From: a virus
Taxonomy: Duplodnaviria > Caudoviricetes
IMG/VR virus record: IMGVR_UViG_3300014202_000031
Span: 1 to 25,009 of that record
Direction: 5' to 3' (one strand)
DNA length: 25,009 nucleotides
Part shown: in pieces, positions 1-8,766 of the stretch
Position numbering within the stretch: position 1 is the stretch's first letter
How the letters are laid out: every line of letters begins with the position of its first letter
Position numbers and translations under genes: made by a program
The notes under the pieces: model-generated
Databases searched by the model: none
What the model saw: only the letters and a program-made list of their open reading frames with translations
Told to the model about the DNA's origin: nothing

Positions 1-3000
1 GGCTTACCGGGAAGAATATGCAGCCAACCTTGGTTTTGTGCCTGCTTCAGCCATACTGGGTTGAACAAACGCTCAGCAGCTTTCTCAACGGCTTCTACCG
101 AGGATGGCTTGTCAGCCTTCAGAGTTTTCAGGCTAGGTACTTGCTTGTACGAGCCGTCCTTTTTCCTCTTTGACTTGCCCGGCTTGGAGTACAGGAATTC
201 ATCAGGGTCATAGCCTTCGGCTTCTCTTGCTTTAGCCTCCGCGATATCTCGCTCAGCGCGTTTGTTTGCCTCTTCACGAGTTGTTGGCTCAGCAATGTCT
301 TTTCGTATGTCCCCGATTAGCTCTGCAACGTCGAAGTGCGTAGTTTGCACATAGCGGAACGGGTCTGTTGCTGGGCTGAACGTGTAAACGAATCCTTCTT
401 CGTTGTCTGGGTCTTCTTCCTTGTTTACGTAATAGTGGTTGCCGTCAACATTAGCTACAAACTCCGTCTCTGTATGCAGGTCAAACGTGTTGCTCTCGGT
501 TACCTTCTTGAGTTTGTCAGATGGCTTGGGGAGCAACTTCCTTGCTTCATACAGATGGTATGCGCTTGCTGAACCCGGGAAGTCACCAATCTGCGTATTG
601 TCCCGTACCTCCTCACCCATTGCTGCAATCTGATTTGCCCCATCAAGAATCTTTTTAGCAGTTGCACGTTCCCTTGTGGTAGTTACTTGTGGTTCTTTTG
701 CAGCGCCAGCTAATTTTTCAGAGACTTGGCCTTCTACTTCAATTGCTTGGTCCAGCTGAGCTTTAGCACTACGTACTTGTGGGGATTTCTCCGATAACCG
801 ATTTGCTAATGCCTCGTATTTCTTCTCGGCTTTTTGACGTGCTTCGACGGCTGCATCATATTCTGCAAGCAATAAATCTTGCTCTAATGTAGCTGGTTGC
901 TCTTCTGCGCCTCTGCCACGTCGTACTGCACTTCCCTCAGATGGTCTATCAACAATTCCCAATCCTCCAGCTCTAGGTCCTTCAGCTTCTTGAGCTGCGG
1001 CTTCAGTTGATTCTCTAGGCAGAACCACGCTGTCGACACTTCCTTGTCCGTCAGTATCACTGACTTCTGGGGTGACCTCAGTTCCAGATACGGGTTGCCG
1101 TCCTGCTGCGGCAGTTGGTTTTCCTGTTGCAGTGAATAGTCGTCCTTGTACGCTAGGTGTTGGTTCATTTGCTTCACCTTTCATGACTTCTTGAGATGAT
1201 GGGGCGACTGGTTCTGGATACTGCTCTTGTAGCTCAAAATCAGCGGCTTCTTGTTCTTGCTGTGCGCGTTCCAACTGCGCCATGCGCTCTTCAATAGTGA
1301 GTTCAGGCTGCGGCGCTGGGAATGCGTTTGGCGGAATAACCACTGGCTCGGGTTCTGGTTGCCCAAGTTGTTCAAACGAAGTCAGCGTAGTTACGGCTGG
1401 AGGCCCGGGTTCGTATGGTGGAACTTCTAATGTACCTGTAACCTCTGGAGGCGTTGCCTTCTTGATAGCATCCTTTAGGATATCTTCGAGCCGGTTGAGT
1501 AATGGTTGTTGTGATTTTTTAGCTCCGGGAATTTCACCTTGTAAGACAGCCATCGCATTTTGTAGCTCATCCAGCGGCATTGCTTCAAGTTCTTGTTGCG
1601 AGCTAACCCCGAGTTTAGAGTACGCATCGAATGTGGTAGCGAGGTCTTTTTCTTCTGGAGTAATTTTCTTTGATTCCGCTTCTTTTCTACGTAACGCGGT
1701 CAAGTTCTTTTGCAAGCCAGCTTTTACTTGCTTTGCATCTGCGGGACTTAAATCAAAATAATTATCGAAGTTTTGTAGTAAGTCTTGGGTACCTTCTACG
1801 GTATCCATTTTTTTAATTTGTTCGGTAGCAAAGCCTTCAGGAATAACTGACCTAGCAGCGGCGTATGTTTCTTTTGCTTTCGCAACTGCGTCTGTATAGG
1901 CTTTATTTGCTTCAGCAAACCCGGCAAGGTCGGCCTGACGTTCTTCCATTACTGGAAGACCTGCTTTAGCTTCATCGACAATCAATTGCTGTCTTGCGCG
2001 TTCTGCGTTGATTTCTGCCAGCTTGCGATTGGTTTCGGCTTCTTGGTTCGCACGTTGAATGACTGCAGGGTCTTGAGAAATAGCGCCGACAGCAGCACCT
2101 AAACCAGCACCAGCCAAACCTTCCAGTGCCCCAGCACCAGCCACCCCACGTCCTGTAGGAACGTCAAAGCCTTCACGTTGGAGGGCGATATTTTGTGCCA
2201 GTTGTTCTTGGGCACCTTGAACAGTTTCTGGAATTGTTTCAACAACAGCCGTTTCACCAGCACGGCGAGCCATACCTTTAGGAGCTAGTTGCGTGGTAGC
2301 TTGTGCTGCTTCTTTAGCTGCGCCACCTAGGATTCCTCGAATAATTTGTGGTTCCAAACCAGTAATGCCAGTAATTGCACCGATACCTGTACCAGTAGTA
2401 ATCATATCGAGATTATCACCAGCGTAGGATTGTGCTGCGACAGCACGTCGTTCAACTTCTTCAGCAGGAATGCCTGAATTGGTAAGTTCTTGTTTTACCG
2501 CGTCGTATATGGAGCTCTTAACCACCCCAGCGCCCATACCGGCACCAGTTGCGGCCTGCATCCCGCGAACCCCAAGTGCCCCGACTTTAGCGACAGTTCC
2601 GAGCATCCCCGTGGCGATTGTAGGGGCGGCAGTACCAAGTGCGTTTGCCAGAAAATCTACCGGTGCCGTAGCGAACGCCTGAACCGCTGCACCAAGCTGT
2701 GCCCCAAATCCTTTATCTTCGGCTTCTTTCATGATTTCAGAAATCTTCTGAGAATCAGCTTTGGACTGGGCACTATAAAGCTCTGCAATATAGTCTTCCA
2801 TTTCCCGAAGGTTTTTCGAAACAGGGTTATCCGCGCCAAAGGCATCCGCAAGGAATCGTACCCCAGACACAACCCCAGCACTTGTTTTTAATGGGACGTC
2901 AGCAAGTTGACGCAACCCACTTTGTTTTTCAGGGGGTTTTTCTGTTTCTCGGATACGATATTGGATGGCACTGATTACCTCTTCTCGGGTAGCGCCCTCC

Positions 3001-3056
3001 GGACCTTCTATCTCGTAAATTTTTCCATCAGGCCCGGTAATTTGATATAGCGGCAT
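1..3056 (-). CDS. Large DNA-ejection/internal virion protein (gp16-like position), 3'-truncated by window edge, >1018 aa
   Basis: Not in the ORF track because it lacks a stop in the window. Manual translation from ATG 3056: MPLYQITGPDGKIYEIEGPEGATREEVISAI..., Gly/Ala-rich hydrophobic stretches (GAGMGAGVV, GALEGLAGAGLGAAVGAI), an acidic/Pro-rich linker, open to base 3 (...QGWLHILPGK). It is the last and largest gene of the ejection module. Confidence 0.8.
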   Translation of the reverse strand, partial: MPLYQITGPDGKIYEIEGPEGATREEVISAIQYRIRETEKPPEKQSGLRQLADVPLKTSAGVVSGVRFLADAFGADNPVSKNLREMEDYIAELYSAQSKADSQKISEIMKEAEDKGFGAQLGAAVQAFATAPVDFLANALGTAAPTIATGMLGTVAKVGALGVRGMQAATGAGMGAGVVKSSIYDAVKQELTNSGIPAEEVERRAVAAQSYAGDNLDMITTGTGIGAITGITGLEPQIIRGILGGAAKEAAQATTQLAPKGMARRAGETAVVETIPETVQGAQEQLAQNIALQREGFDVPTGRGVAGAGALEGLAGAGLGAAVGAISQDPAVIQRANQEAETNRKLAEINAERARQQLIVDEAKAGLPVMEERQADLAGFAEANKAYTDAVAKAKETYAAARSVIPEGFATEQIKKMDTVEGTQDLLQNFDNYFDLSPADAKQVKAGLQKNLTALRRKEAESKKITPEEKDLATTFDAYSKLGVSSQQELEAMPLDELQNAMAVLQGEIPGAKKSQQPLLNRLEDILKDAIKKATPPEVTGTLEVPPYEPGPPAVTTLTSFEQLGQPEPEPVVIPPNAFPAPQPELTIEERMAQLERAQQEQEAADFELQEQYPEPVAPSSQEVMKGEANEPTPSVQGRLFTATGKPTAAAGRQPVSGTEVTPEVSDTDGQGSVDSVVLPRESTEAAAQEAEGPRAGGLGIVDRPSEGSAVRRGRGAEEQPATLEQDLLLAEYDAAVEARQKAEKKYEALANRLSEKSPQVRSAKAQLDQAIEVEGQVSEKLAGAAKEPQVTTTRERATAKKILDGANQIAAMGEEVRDNTQIGDFPGSASAYHLYEARKLLPKPSDKLKKVTESNTFDLHTETEFVANVDGNHYYVNKEEDPDNEEGFVYTFSPATDPFRYVQTTHFDVAELIGDIRKDIAEPTTREEANKRAERDIAEAKAREAEGYDPDEFLYSKPGKSKRKKDGSYKQVPSLKTLKADKPSSVEAVEKAAERLFNPVWLKQAQNQGWLHILPGK
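884..1168 (-). CDS. Nested/overprinted small protein (94 aa) in an alternative frame of the large ejection gene
   Basis: ATG 1168 is preceded by SD-like AAAGGTGA (the track starts at GTG 1177). The C-terminal half is amphipathic-helical (LTDKEVSTAWFCLENQ...LKDLELEDWELLIDHLREVQ...NQLH), while the host frame here is low-complexity. Confidence 0.55.
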   Translation of the reverse strand: MNQHLAYKDDYSLQQENQLPQQDGNPYLELRSPQKSVILTDKEVSTAWFCLENQLKPQLKKLKDLELEDWELLIDHLREVQYDVAEAQKSNQLH

Positions 3057-3065
3057 ATAGGCCCC

Positions 3066-4577
3066 TTATTTAGTTTTTAGCTGTCCCCAACCTGAAAAAT
3101 CTTGTCCAGAAACAGCTTCTCTGTAGGACTCAATTGCTTTTCTAAATGCTACAGGGTCATCAGCAATCATTGGATTTTTCTCAAGAAGTACCTTTGCGAT
3201 TTCTTCATCGGTCATTCGTTTTGTTCTCTTTCCAGATTGTATCGCGTCGAATGCTTCAGGGAAAGTCAACCCAGCTTCTTTTGCATATCGCTCAATTAAC
3301 TGTATTTCAGCAGGGGTCTTATTGCTGATTTCTCGCTGTTGTTTAAGTTTTTCCCGCTCCAGTTTATGCTCCATCTGGAACTGTTTGTCTTTGAACTGAT
3401 TCGTAGCGACTTCGGATTTATAAGAGGCATCACCTTTACGTTTTTCAAGTTCTTCGCGGCGGTTGCGCTCTTTTGAAGCCTGTTCACTGTCGAAGCCAAA
3501 TCTAGCAATAGCCACTTGTTCTGCGCGTTCTGCACGGGCCAGTTCGGACTCAATCCCAAATCGTTTTTCTTCTGCAGCGGCAGCGCGTTCTTTAGCCTTG
3601 GCAAGGGATTCAACACCCTTCTGTGCGCCTCGACCAATGTTTTGCAATGCATATGGAGAATCACCGCCAGCAATAGCAAACCCAGCTTCAGCCAATGCCA
3701 TCCACGGAGCAGTTTTTTCTTCTTGCGTTGCCCGAGCTTCCATAGCCGCTAACCGCTCTTGGGATTTAGCGCGGAATGGGTCAACCCCGAGAACACCTTG
3801 CATACGCGCCATTTCAGCTTCAGCAGTTGTTGCTGCTTCAGGGTTATAGTTAGCCCAAGGGTTCTCTGGAGCTTGATACAACGATTGAATGCCTTGAGGT
3901 GCAGCGCCCGGCCCAGCAGGAACACGAGGTGGCGCATTAACGCCTCCGGTTTGAGGTTGTTGCGGCGGGATAATGCTAGCGTTAGGTTGCTGCGCTTGTG
4001 TTGGAAGTACAGGTTGCTGCGCGGGGCTGACTAAAGCCTGCGGGATTCCTTGAGGGCCCAAACTATTAGTAAACGGGTTGGTGGGGATTGCCTGTGGCCC
4101 CCCTAGTACATACTGTCTGGCAGCTTGTTGTTCTGCATATTTTTGCGCTGCTGCAGCTGGGGAAATCCCGCCTTGACTTTCTGAGGCTTCTTTATACTTT
4201 CTTGCAGTTGCTAATCTGCTGGCGATTTCCTCTAGCTCTTCTAACGAAAGCCCCCCAGTCACGGACCCACCATCTTCAAACGCAACAATACCACCGGCTG
4301 CATAGGACTCTTCATTGCCTACGTTCTGCACGGGGATGTCAGCGATACCGCCCATCTGCGGTTGGGGTTGTGATTCTGCAACGAGTTGGTCAGCTACGCT
4401 GGGTTGTTCGCCACCCTGTGAGGCCATTGCACCTTGCCGCATGCGTTTGCGGCGTTCGAGTTCTGCCAGTGCGAGGTATGTCGGTACTTGTCCGGATGGG
4501 TTTTGTACGTAGCCAACAATTGCTTGGTCAGGGGCGTTCTTTAGGTCGTTCTCAAGTTTTACCAGATTAATTGCCAT
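3066..4577 (-). CDS. DNA-ejection/internal virion protein (503 aa)
   Basis: Gln/Ala/Pro-rich, with an amphipathic segment (WMALAEAGFAIAGG) followed by coiled coil. Sits between the pilot-like and giant ejection genes. Contains YAAGG-IVA-FEDGG. Confidence 0.7.
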   Translation of the reverse strand: MAINLVKLENDLKNAPDQAIVGYVQNPSGQVPTYLALAELERRKRMRQGAMASQGGEQPSVADQLVAESQPQPQMGGIADIPVQNVGNEESYAAGGIVAFEDGGSVTGGLSLEELEEIASRLATARKYKEASESQGGISPAAAAQKYAEQQAARQYVLGGPQAIPTNPFTNSLGPQGIPQALVSPAQQPVLPTQAQQPNASIIPPQQPQTGGVNAPPRVPAGPGAAPQGIQSLYQAPENPWANYNPEAATTAEAEMARMQGVLGVDPFRAKSQERLAAMEARATQEEKTAPWMALAEAGFAIAGGDSPYALQNIGRGAQKGVESLAKAKERAAAAEEKRFGIESELARAERAEQVAIARFGFDSEQASKERNRREELEKRKGDASYKSEVATNQFKDKQFQMEHKLEREKLKQQREISNKTPAEIQLIERYAKEAGLTFPEAFDAIQSGKRTKRMTDEEIAKVLLEKNPMIADDPVAFRKAIESYREAVSGQDFSGWGQLKTK

Positions 4578-4587
4578 ATCCTACCCC

Positions 4588-5754
4588 TTATTTCAGCGCG
4601 TTGTACAAGCCAAGACCAGCAAGGCCAAGACCGGCAATTTGCGATGTGGTTGATGGCGCTGGGTTATATTGTACCTGAGTGGACCCAAGAGCACTTTGAT
4701 TACCTTGCAGGATATTGCTGTAGAACTCAAGCTGGGCTTTGTTCCAGTCTCGTGCTTCCATTGAGTCTTGATACTGCGTGTCGAGGGCGCGTTGCGCCAG
4801 TGCTTGTTGTTCACCAGCCGATGCAGCTTGTGCCTGCAGTCTAGCCAAGTCAGCTTCTTGTTGCGTAGCGCCAAGTGCGCCCAGACCTTTAGATGCGTCC
4901 AGCAGCCCGGACATCCCCAGCCCGACAAAGTCTTTACCGATACCTGCTTGATACTGCCTAGCCTGCTCTTCAAGGGCACGACGTTGAACTTCAGCGTCAA
5001 GGGTAGCTTTTTCCGAGGTCATGCCTGCAGTTCTATCCCTCTCGAATTGTTGCTGTGCCGCCATGAACGCGTCTTGTGCGCCCTTGGATTGAATGTCTGC
5101 AATCTGCTGTTGGGTACCAAGACCATAATTAACCTGCATCAAGCCTTCACGAGCACCACCAAAGGTCCCCCGACCGATAGAACCCAATGCAAAGTTAGCG
5201 CGTTGTCGTTCTGCTTCTTCTTGAGCTTTTCTAATCGAGGTGTCAGTGACTGCCTGTTGATACGGTGACATGTAATAGTCAGCGATTTGTTGGTTCCAGA
5301 TTGGCGTTTGCGACATACCCATCTGTTCGAGCGGACCTGCCTGATAGCCTAGCGCGTTCTGAAGGCCAGCGCCTAAAACACCAAGACCTGCCTGTTGGGT
5401 AGCCTGCATCCCTGCTTGCGCTGACTGGAACTGTTCTGGGGTCTGAAGGCCGAAAGTCTCTTGTTGAACTGCTAGTTGTTCTGGGGTGAATCCGGCAATA
5501 CGTTGCCCTTCGTAGGCTTCGTAGGGAGCCATTCCAATAACCCGCCCCGATGCATCGGTTTGAAAGACTTCTCGACCTGTCTGATTTAACAGCTCTTTAT
5601 AGTACGGTTCTGCATATTTGGGAAGATTGTTAGTATATGTGGTTGCTGTCGTGTTGCTAGACCCACCACCGCCTTTACCGCCACCCCAGAAAGTCAAGAG
5701 GCCCACAATATAACTGGGGCTAAGCAGCCATTTAAAACCGTCAAACAAATTCAT
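4588..5754 (-). CDS. DNA-transfer/pilot protein (P22 gp7-like architecture, 388 aa)
   Basis: N-terminal leader then GGGKGGGGSS, a Gln/Ala-rich body with YMSPYQQAV and GTFGGAR motifs, and a hydrophobic Gly-rich C-terminus (QIAGLGLAGLGLYNALK). Confidence 0.7.
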   Translation of the reverse strand: MNLFDGFKWLLSPSYIVGLLTFWGGGKGGGGSSNTTATTYTNNLPKYAEPYYKELLNQTGREVFQTDASGRVIGMAPYEAYEGQRIAGFTPEQLAVQQETFGLQTPEQFQSAQAGMQATQQAGLGVLGAGLQNALGYQAGPLEQMGMSQTPIWNQQIADYYMSPYQQAVTDTSIRKAQEEAERQRANFALGSIGRGTFGGAREGLMQVNYGLGTQQQIADIQSKGAQDAFMAAQQQFERDRTAGMTSEKATLDAEVQRRALEEQARQYQAGIGKDFVGLGMSGLLDASKGLGALGATQQEADLARLQAQAASAGEQQALAQRALDTQYQDSMEARDWNKAQLEFYSNILQGNQSALGSTQVQYNPAPSTTSQIAGLGLAGLGLYNALK

Positions 5755-5756
5755 AA

Positions 5757-6173
5757 TTAATTCTCCACTGGCAGTTCATAGTAAATAAACCGCGCTTTAT
5801 ATCCGTCTTTTTCAAAGACCTTGCCCCATCCGGGGCGTCCATATGATTCAATAACTGCGCATTGATTATCTCGTGCGAACTGCTGCAGTAGCTGCAACAT
5901 CTCGTTTTTCCAGCGAGGGAGTTTTTTACCCCCGGTGAAGTGCATTACCAGCGTCCTCATTCTTGGGTAGGTAAGCACCTCAGTTACTACTGCACCAAAC
6001 ACCTCGGAGCCTTCAAACGCTATCCATAGTTGTTGGTGCTTATTCAGTAAATCGTCTAATATATCTTCTTTGGTAAATCTGCCGTAGGTGTACGTTGCCG
6101 CACCGTCCATATAGCTTTCAATTAGAGGCCAAATTTGTCTGTAGTCCTCTGGCAATACGTAACTGACTTTCAT
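5757..6173 (-). CDS. GNAT-like acyltransferase (virion morphogenesis)
   Basis: 138 aa with an alpha/beta pattern (QQLWIAF...GAVVTEV...LVMHFTGG...IESYGRPGWGKVF). GNAT-fold genes commonly sit beside podovirus ejection genes. Confidence 0.6.
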   Translation of the reverse strand: MKVSYVLPEDYRQIWPLIESYMDGAATYTYGRFTKEDILDDLLNKHQQLWIAFEGSEVFGAVVTEVLTYPRMRTLVMHFTGGKKLPRWKNEMLQLLQQFARDNQCAVIESYGRPGWGKVFEKDGYKARFIYYELPVEN

Positions 6174-6880
6174 CTCTCAGCTCCAAAAAACTTAGCTTGC
6201 CATTTACGGTGCCTTATGTATGCTCCAATTATATACGGTGTCAGCAAAGAAAGGTATAAACTTAACCAATTCAACAGCTTCCACGGCTGAGGTAAGGGTC
6301 GCATGATGTCTAAAAACACGACAGCTCTCGGTTCATCCGAGGTATTAAACGCCATATGTTCGTAGGTATCATCAAACAACACCGTCTTACCTTCTTGCCA
6401 GCGATGCTCTTCGCCTTCTACCACTAATACACACGTACCTTTTTTGGGAATTATCGTACCCAAATGCATGCGCAGTATGCCCGACCACGGCCCTTTATGC
6501 GGGTTCAAGTAAGACTTAGGGCCTAGCACTGATATATAGGCTGAGCATATTTCCGGGTGTTTCCGAATAATCGCCGCTACCGTAGGGGAGAACTCTTGGT
6601 TCTTTTTAAAATGAACCCCCATAGCTTTGTAAAAGAACATGCGCCACTTATCATCAGAGGGGATATACGACTGGTTAGGTGATATATCCTGAAACATCGC
6701 TAGGTCATCAAACCTAGCTAAAATCTTTTCTACTTCTACCCTGATTGCGGGGTACGCCTCTTCAAGCTCTTTAGCGACGGGAAACACATACGGGTCATAG
6801 AACCGCTTATCGCCCAACAAAGAATGCTTATGAAATGCTTTGCCTAGCAGTCGCTCCACCAGCGAAACTTTTATATCCAT
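6170..6880 (-). CDS. Aspartyl/asparaginyl beta-hydroxylase family (AspH/LpxO-like) 2OG-Fe(II) dioxygenase
   Basis: Family motifs SAYISVLGPKSYLNPHKGP, LRMHLG, WQEGKTVLFDDTYEHMAFN, RAVVFLDIMRP, plus a hydrophobic C-terminal segment. Confidence 0.9.
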   Translation of the reverse strand: MDIKVSLVERLLGKAFHKHSLLGDKRFYDPYVFPVAKELEEAYPAIRVEVEKILARFDDLAMFQDISPNQSYIPSDDKWRMFFYKAMGVHFKKNQEFSPTVAAIIRKHPEICSAYISVLGPKSYLNPHKGPWSGILRMHLGTIIPKKGTCVLVVEGEEHRWQEGKTVLFDDTYEHMAFNTSDEPRAVVFLDIMRPLPQPWKLLNWLSLYLSLLTPYIIGAYIRHRKWQAKFFGAER

Positions 6881-8058
6881 TACGCAACTCTGTGCGGGTT
6901 AATCTCTTTACCTTGTTTCGCAGTGCCTGTTCGTGCTTTCCGCACTCTGTCCATCATGGCATATAACTTTTCTGGTCCGCCCAGTTTTCTAACTACATCT
7001 TTAGGAATATATGCCTCACCGTCTGCAACCCTAGCCTTTTCTCGACCCTCAATCGTAGTCGGGATAGAGTCACTCATACCATCACCGTCACCCTTAATTG
7101 GTTTTGCGCCGTACTTTTTAGCGAGAACTGCGAGACCGGCATCGGTACTACCGTTACCTAAATGGCTAACCACATCGGCTGGAATGACAAACCCACCATC
7201 TTCAAGGTCCCCGCCTTTAGCGTACATCCCCATCTCTGCCCTTGCTTGGGATTCTTGCGAAGCTAGGTTGTTGAGCCTACCCAAGCCATAGCCTTGTTCC
7301 GACAGCGGTGGGCCATACTGCGAGTCGTTTGCGCCATGTAAATCCATTAACCCGCCTTGTTGCACGGTACCGCCGTTTGCGTAGTTTAGTGTAAGTCCGG
7401 ATTGCGTAGACTTGGGTCCAAAAAGATACAACCCACCGTCTTTTTTGTACTTATCTTCTTCCTCAAATTCTTCGTATTCAGGCTCAAACGCGCTCGCCAA
7501 GGTACTTCCGATTGTTAAGGCTGGCATTCCCAACGCCATAGCTGCTTGGCCTGTAGTTGCGGGGGTTCCGTCGGTTCCCATAGCTGTTTTAAATCTACCA
7601 AAACCGCCTTCGGACATCAGGTCTTTTATCCCAGCGCCCATTGTGCCTAATCCAGTTGTTGGGGTGGTAGCGGCTGTTTGCAGTAATGGGTTTGGAAGTG
7701 AACTTGCCTCAGCAACTGGTTGCGCCATCGTTGGAGCCCCTTGCCAGAATTGCGCTGACCCTATTGCTGGGGCTTCCGAAGTTAGAAAAGCTTTGGCTCC
7801 TTCAGTAGCTGCATTAGACGACAGGGTGGAAGCTGCGGTATCAGCGAGAGTTGTTGCAGGTGCAGTAGTCGCTGCGCCCATTTTTCCAAGTGTTCCACCA
7901 AGTGACGCGCCACCATAACCACCAAGACCGCCAGAGATTGCACCCCCTATTGGGTCTTCTTTATTTGACAACAACCCAATCCCGGCACCAAGCAATGCGG
8001 CATTCATTGCCGATAATCCAAAAGCGCTCCCCGCAAGTCCCGCAAGTAAAGGTAGCAT
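6880..8058 (-). CDS. Internal virion/pilot protein with a module resembling the tape-measure C-terminus (392 aa)
   Basis: Gly/Ala hydrophobic N-terminus (MLPLLAGLAGSAFGLS...). C-terminal YANGG, YAKGG, DGGFVIPADVV, GDGDGMSDSIP, DGEAYIPKDVV. RBS AAGGA upstream. Confidence 0.7.
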   Translation of the reverse strand: MLPLLAGLAGSAFGLSAMNAALLGAGIGLLSNKEDPIGGAISGGLGGYGGASLGGTLGKMGAATTAPATTLADTAASTLSSNAATEGAKAFLTSEAPAIGSAQFWQGAPTMAQPVAEASSLPNPLLQTAATTPTTGLGTMGAGIKDLMSEGGFGRFKTAMGTDGTPATTGQAAMALGMPALTIGSTLASAFEPEYEEFEEEDKYKKDGGLYLFGPKSTQSGLTLNYANGGTVQQGGLMDLHGANDSQYGPPLSEQGYGLGRLNNLASQESQARAEMGMYAKGGDLEDGGFVIPADVVSHLGNGSTDAGLAVLAKKYGAKPIKGDGDGMSDSIPTTIEGREKARVADGEAYIPKDVVRKLGGPEKLYAMMDRVRKARTGTAKQGKEINPHRVA

Positions 8059-8086
8059 AATTTAAGTCCTTGTTTGTTTAGTCAAT

Positions 8087-8093
8087 ATTATCA
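8087..8093 (-). promoter_or_regulatory. Candidate -10/late promoter element TGATAAT before the ejection module
   Basis: TGATAAT overlaps the upstream stop at the edge of one of only two sizeable gaps in the operon. The same heptamer is at 13779-13785. Confidence 0.3.
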
Positions 8094-8765
8094 TTCAATT
8101 AGATTAGACACAAACGTAATAGTGCCTATAGCCGATGGATTAGCTGGTCTATCGTATGGAGTATCAATTGCTGCAATAGCTTCCATATAAACCCCGTCGG
8201 TTAGTGGGTCATCTACATACGCTTTATCCGTAGCCCAATATAAGGCAATAGCGTCTTGTGCTTGTACATTAAAAGTTACGTGGGAGTACGCGACAATAAA
8301 ACTAGGCTCATTGTTTGCTTTTCTTGCAGGCAGGGTAAATTTACTTGACGAGTTGGGGACTAACGTACCGCCATTAACTTCTAGCCAAACAAATACGTCA
8401 TACGATTCATTTGCAGTATTTGCGAACTGTAGGCTGTAGTCAATTTTATACACCCCAGTCTGGTCAGGCGTAGCCGTGCCATCCATATTCAAGGTAAACC
8501 CATTACTGACTTCAAGCGAGTCCCATAAAACTTTTGTCGGAGTGTCATCCCCTAGCGCATACTGGTCAGTTGAATCCGAAGCTGATATGTGGGGGAACTC
8601 AATAAACTTACCACCCGCCCGCCCCAGTATCTTGGAAGTTATCCCGTCAAGTTGGTTAAAATACAGGCGAAATGCGTTCTGTAGCTGGTTCAAATATGAC
8701 TGCGTGTAAACTCCGGGAGCTATAGGTTGGTTAGGAGCTCTTGAAGATTGTAACGGATTACGCAT
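8091..8765 (-). CDS. Putative tail needle/plug-like structural protein with beta-sandwich C-terminal domain
   Basis: Short helical N-terminus (LNQLQNAFRLYFNQLD) and a beta-rich C1q/TNF-like pattern (GVYKIDYSLQF). Directly follows the nozzle gene. Confidence 0.45.
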   Translation of the reverse strand: MRNPLQSSRAPNQPIAPGVYTQSYLNQLQNAFRLYFNQLDGITSKILGRAGGKFIEFPHISASDSTDQYALGDDTPTKVLWDSLEVSNGFTLNMDGTATPDQTGVYKIDYSLQFANTANESYDVFVWLEVNGGTLVPNSSSKFTLPARKANNEPSFIVAYSHVTFNVQAQDAIALYWATDKAYVDDPLTDGVYMEAIAAIDTPYDRPANPSAIGTITFVSNLIE

Positions 8766-8766
8766 T

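Noticed and set aside
1181-1375. Second nested minus-strand ORF in the large ejection gene
   Set aside because: TTG start with no clear SD. The S/N/K/Q-rich composition is what a frame-shifted read of the E/P/Q-rich host frame would give.
3296-5000. Alternative-frame minus ORFs 3296-3679, 3749-3937 and 4593-5000
   Set aside because: L/K/N-rich shadow composition, no convincing RBS, and the host frames look structured there.
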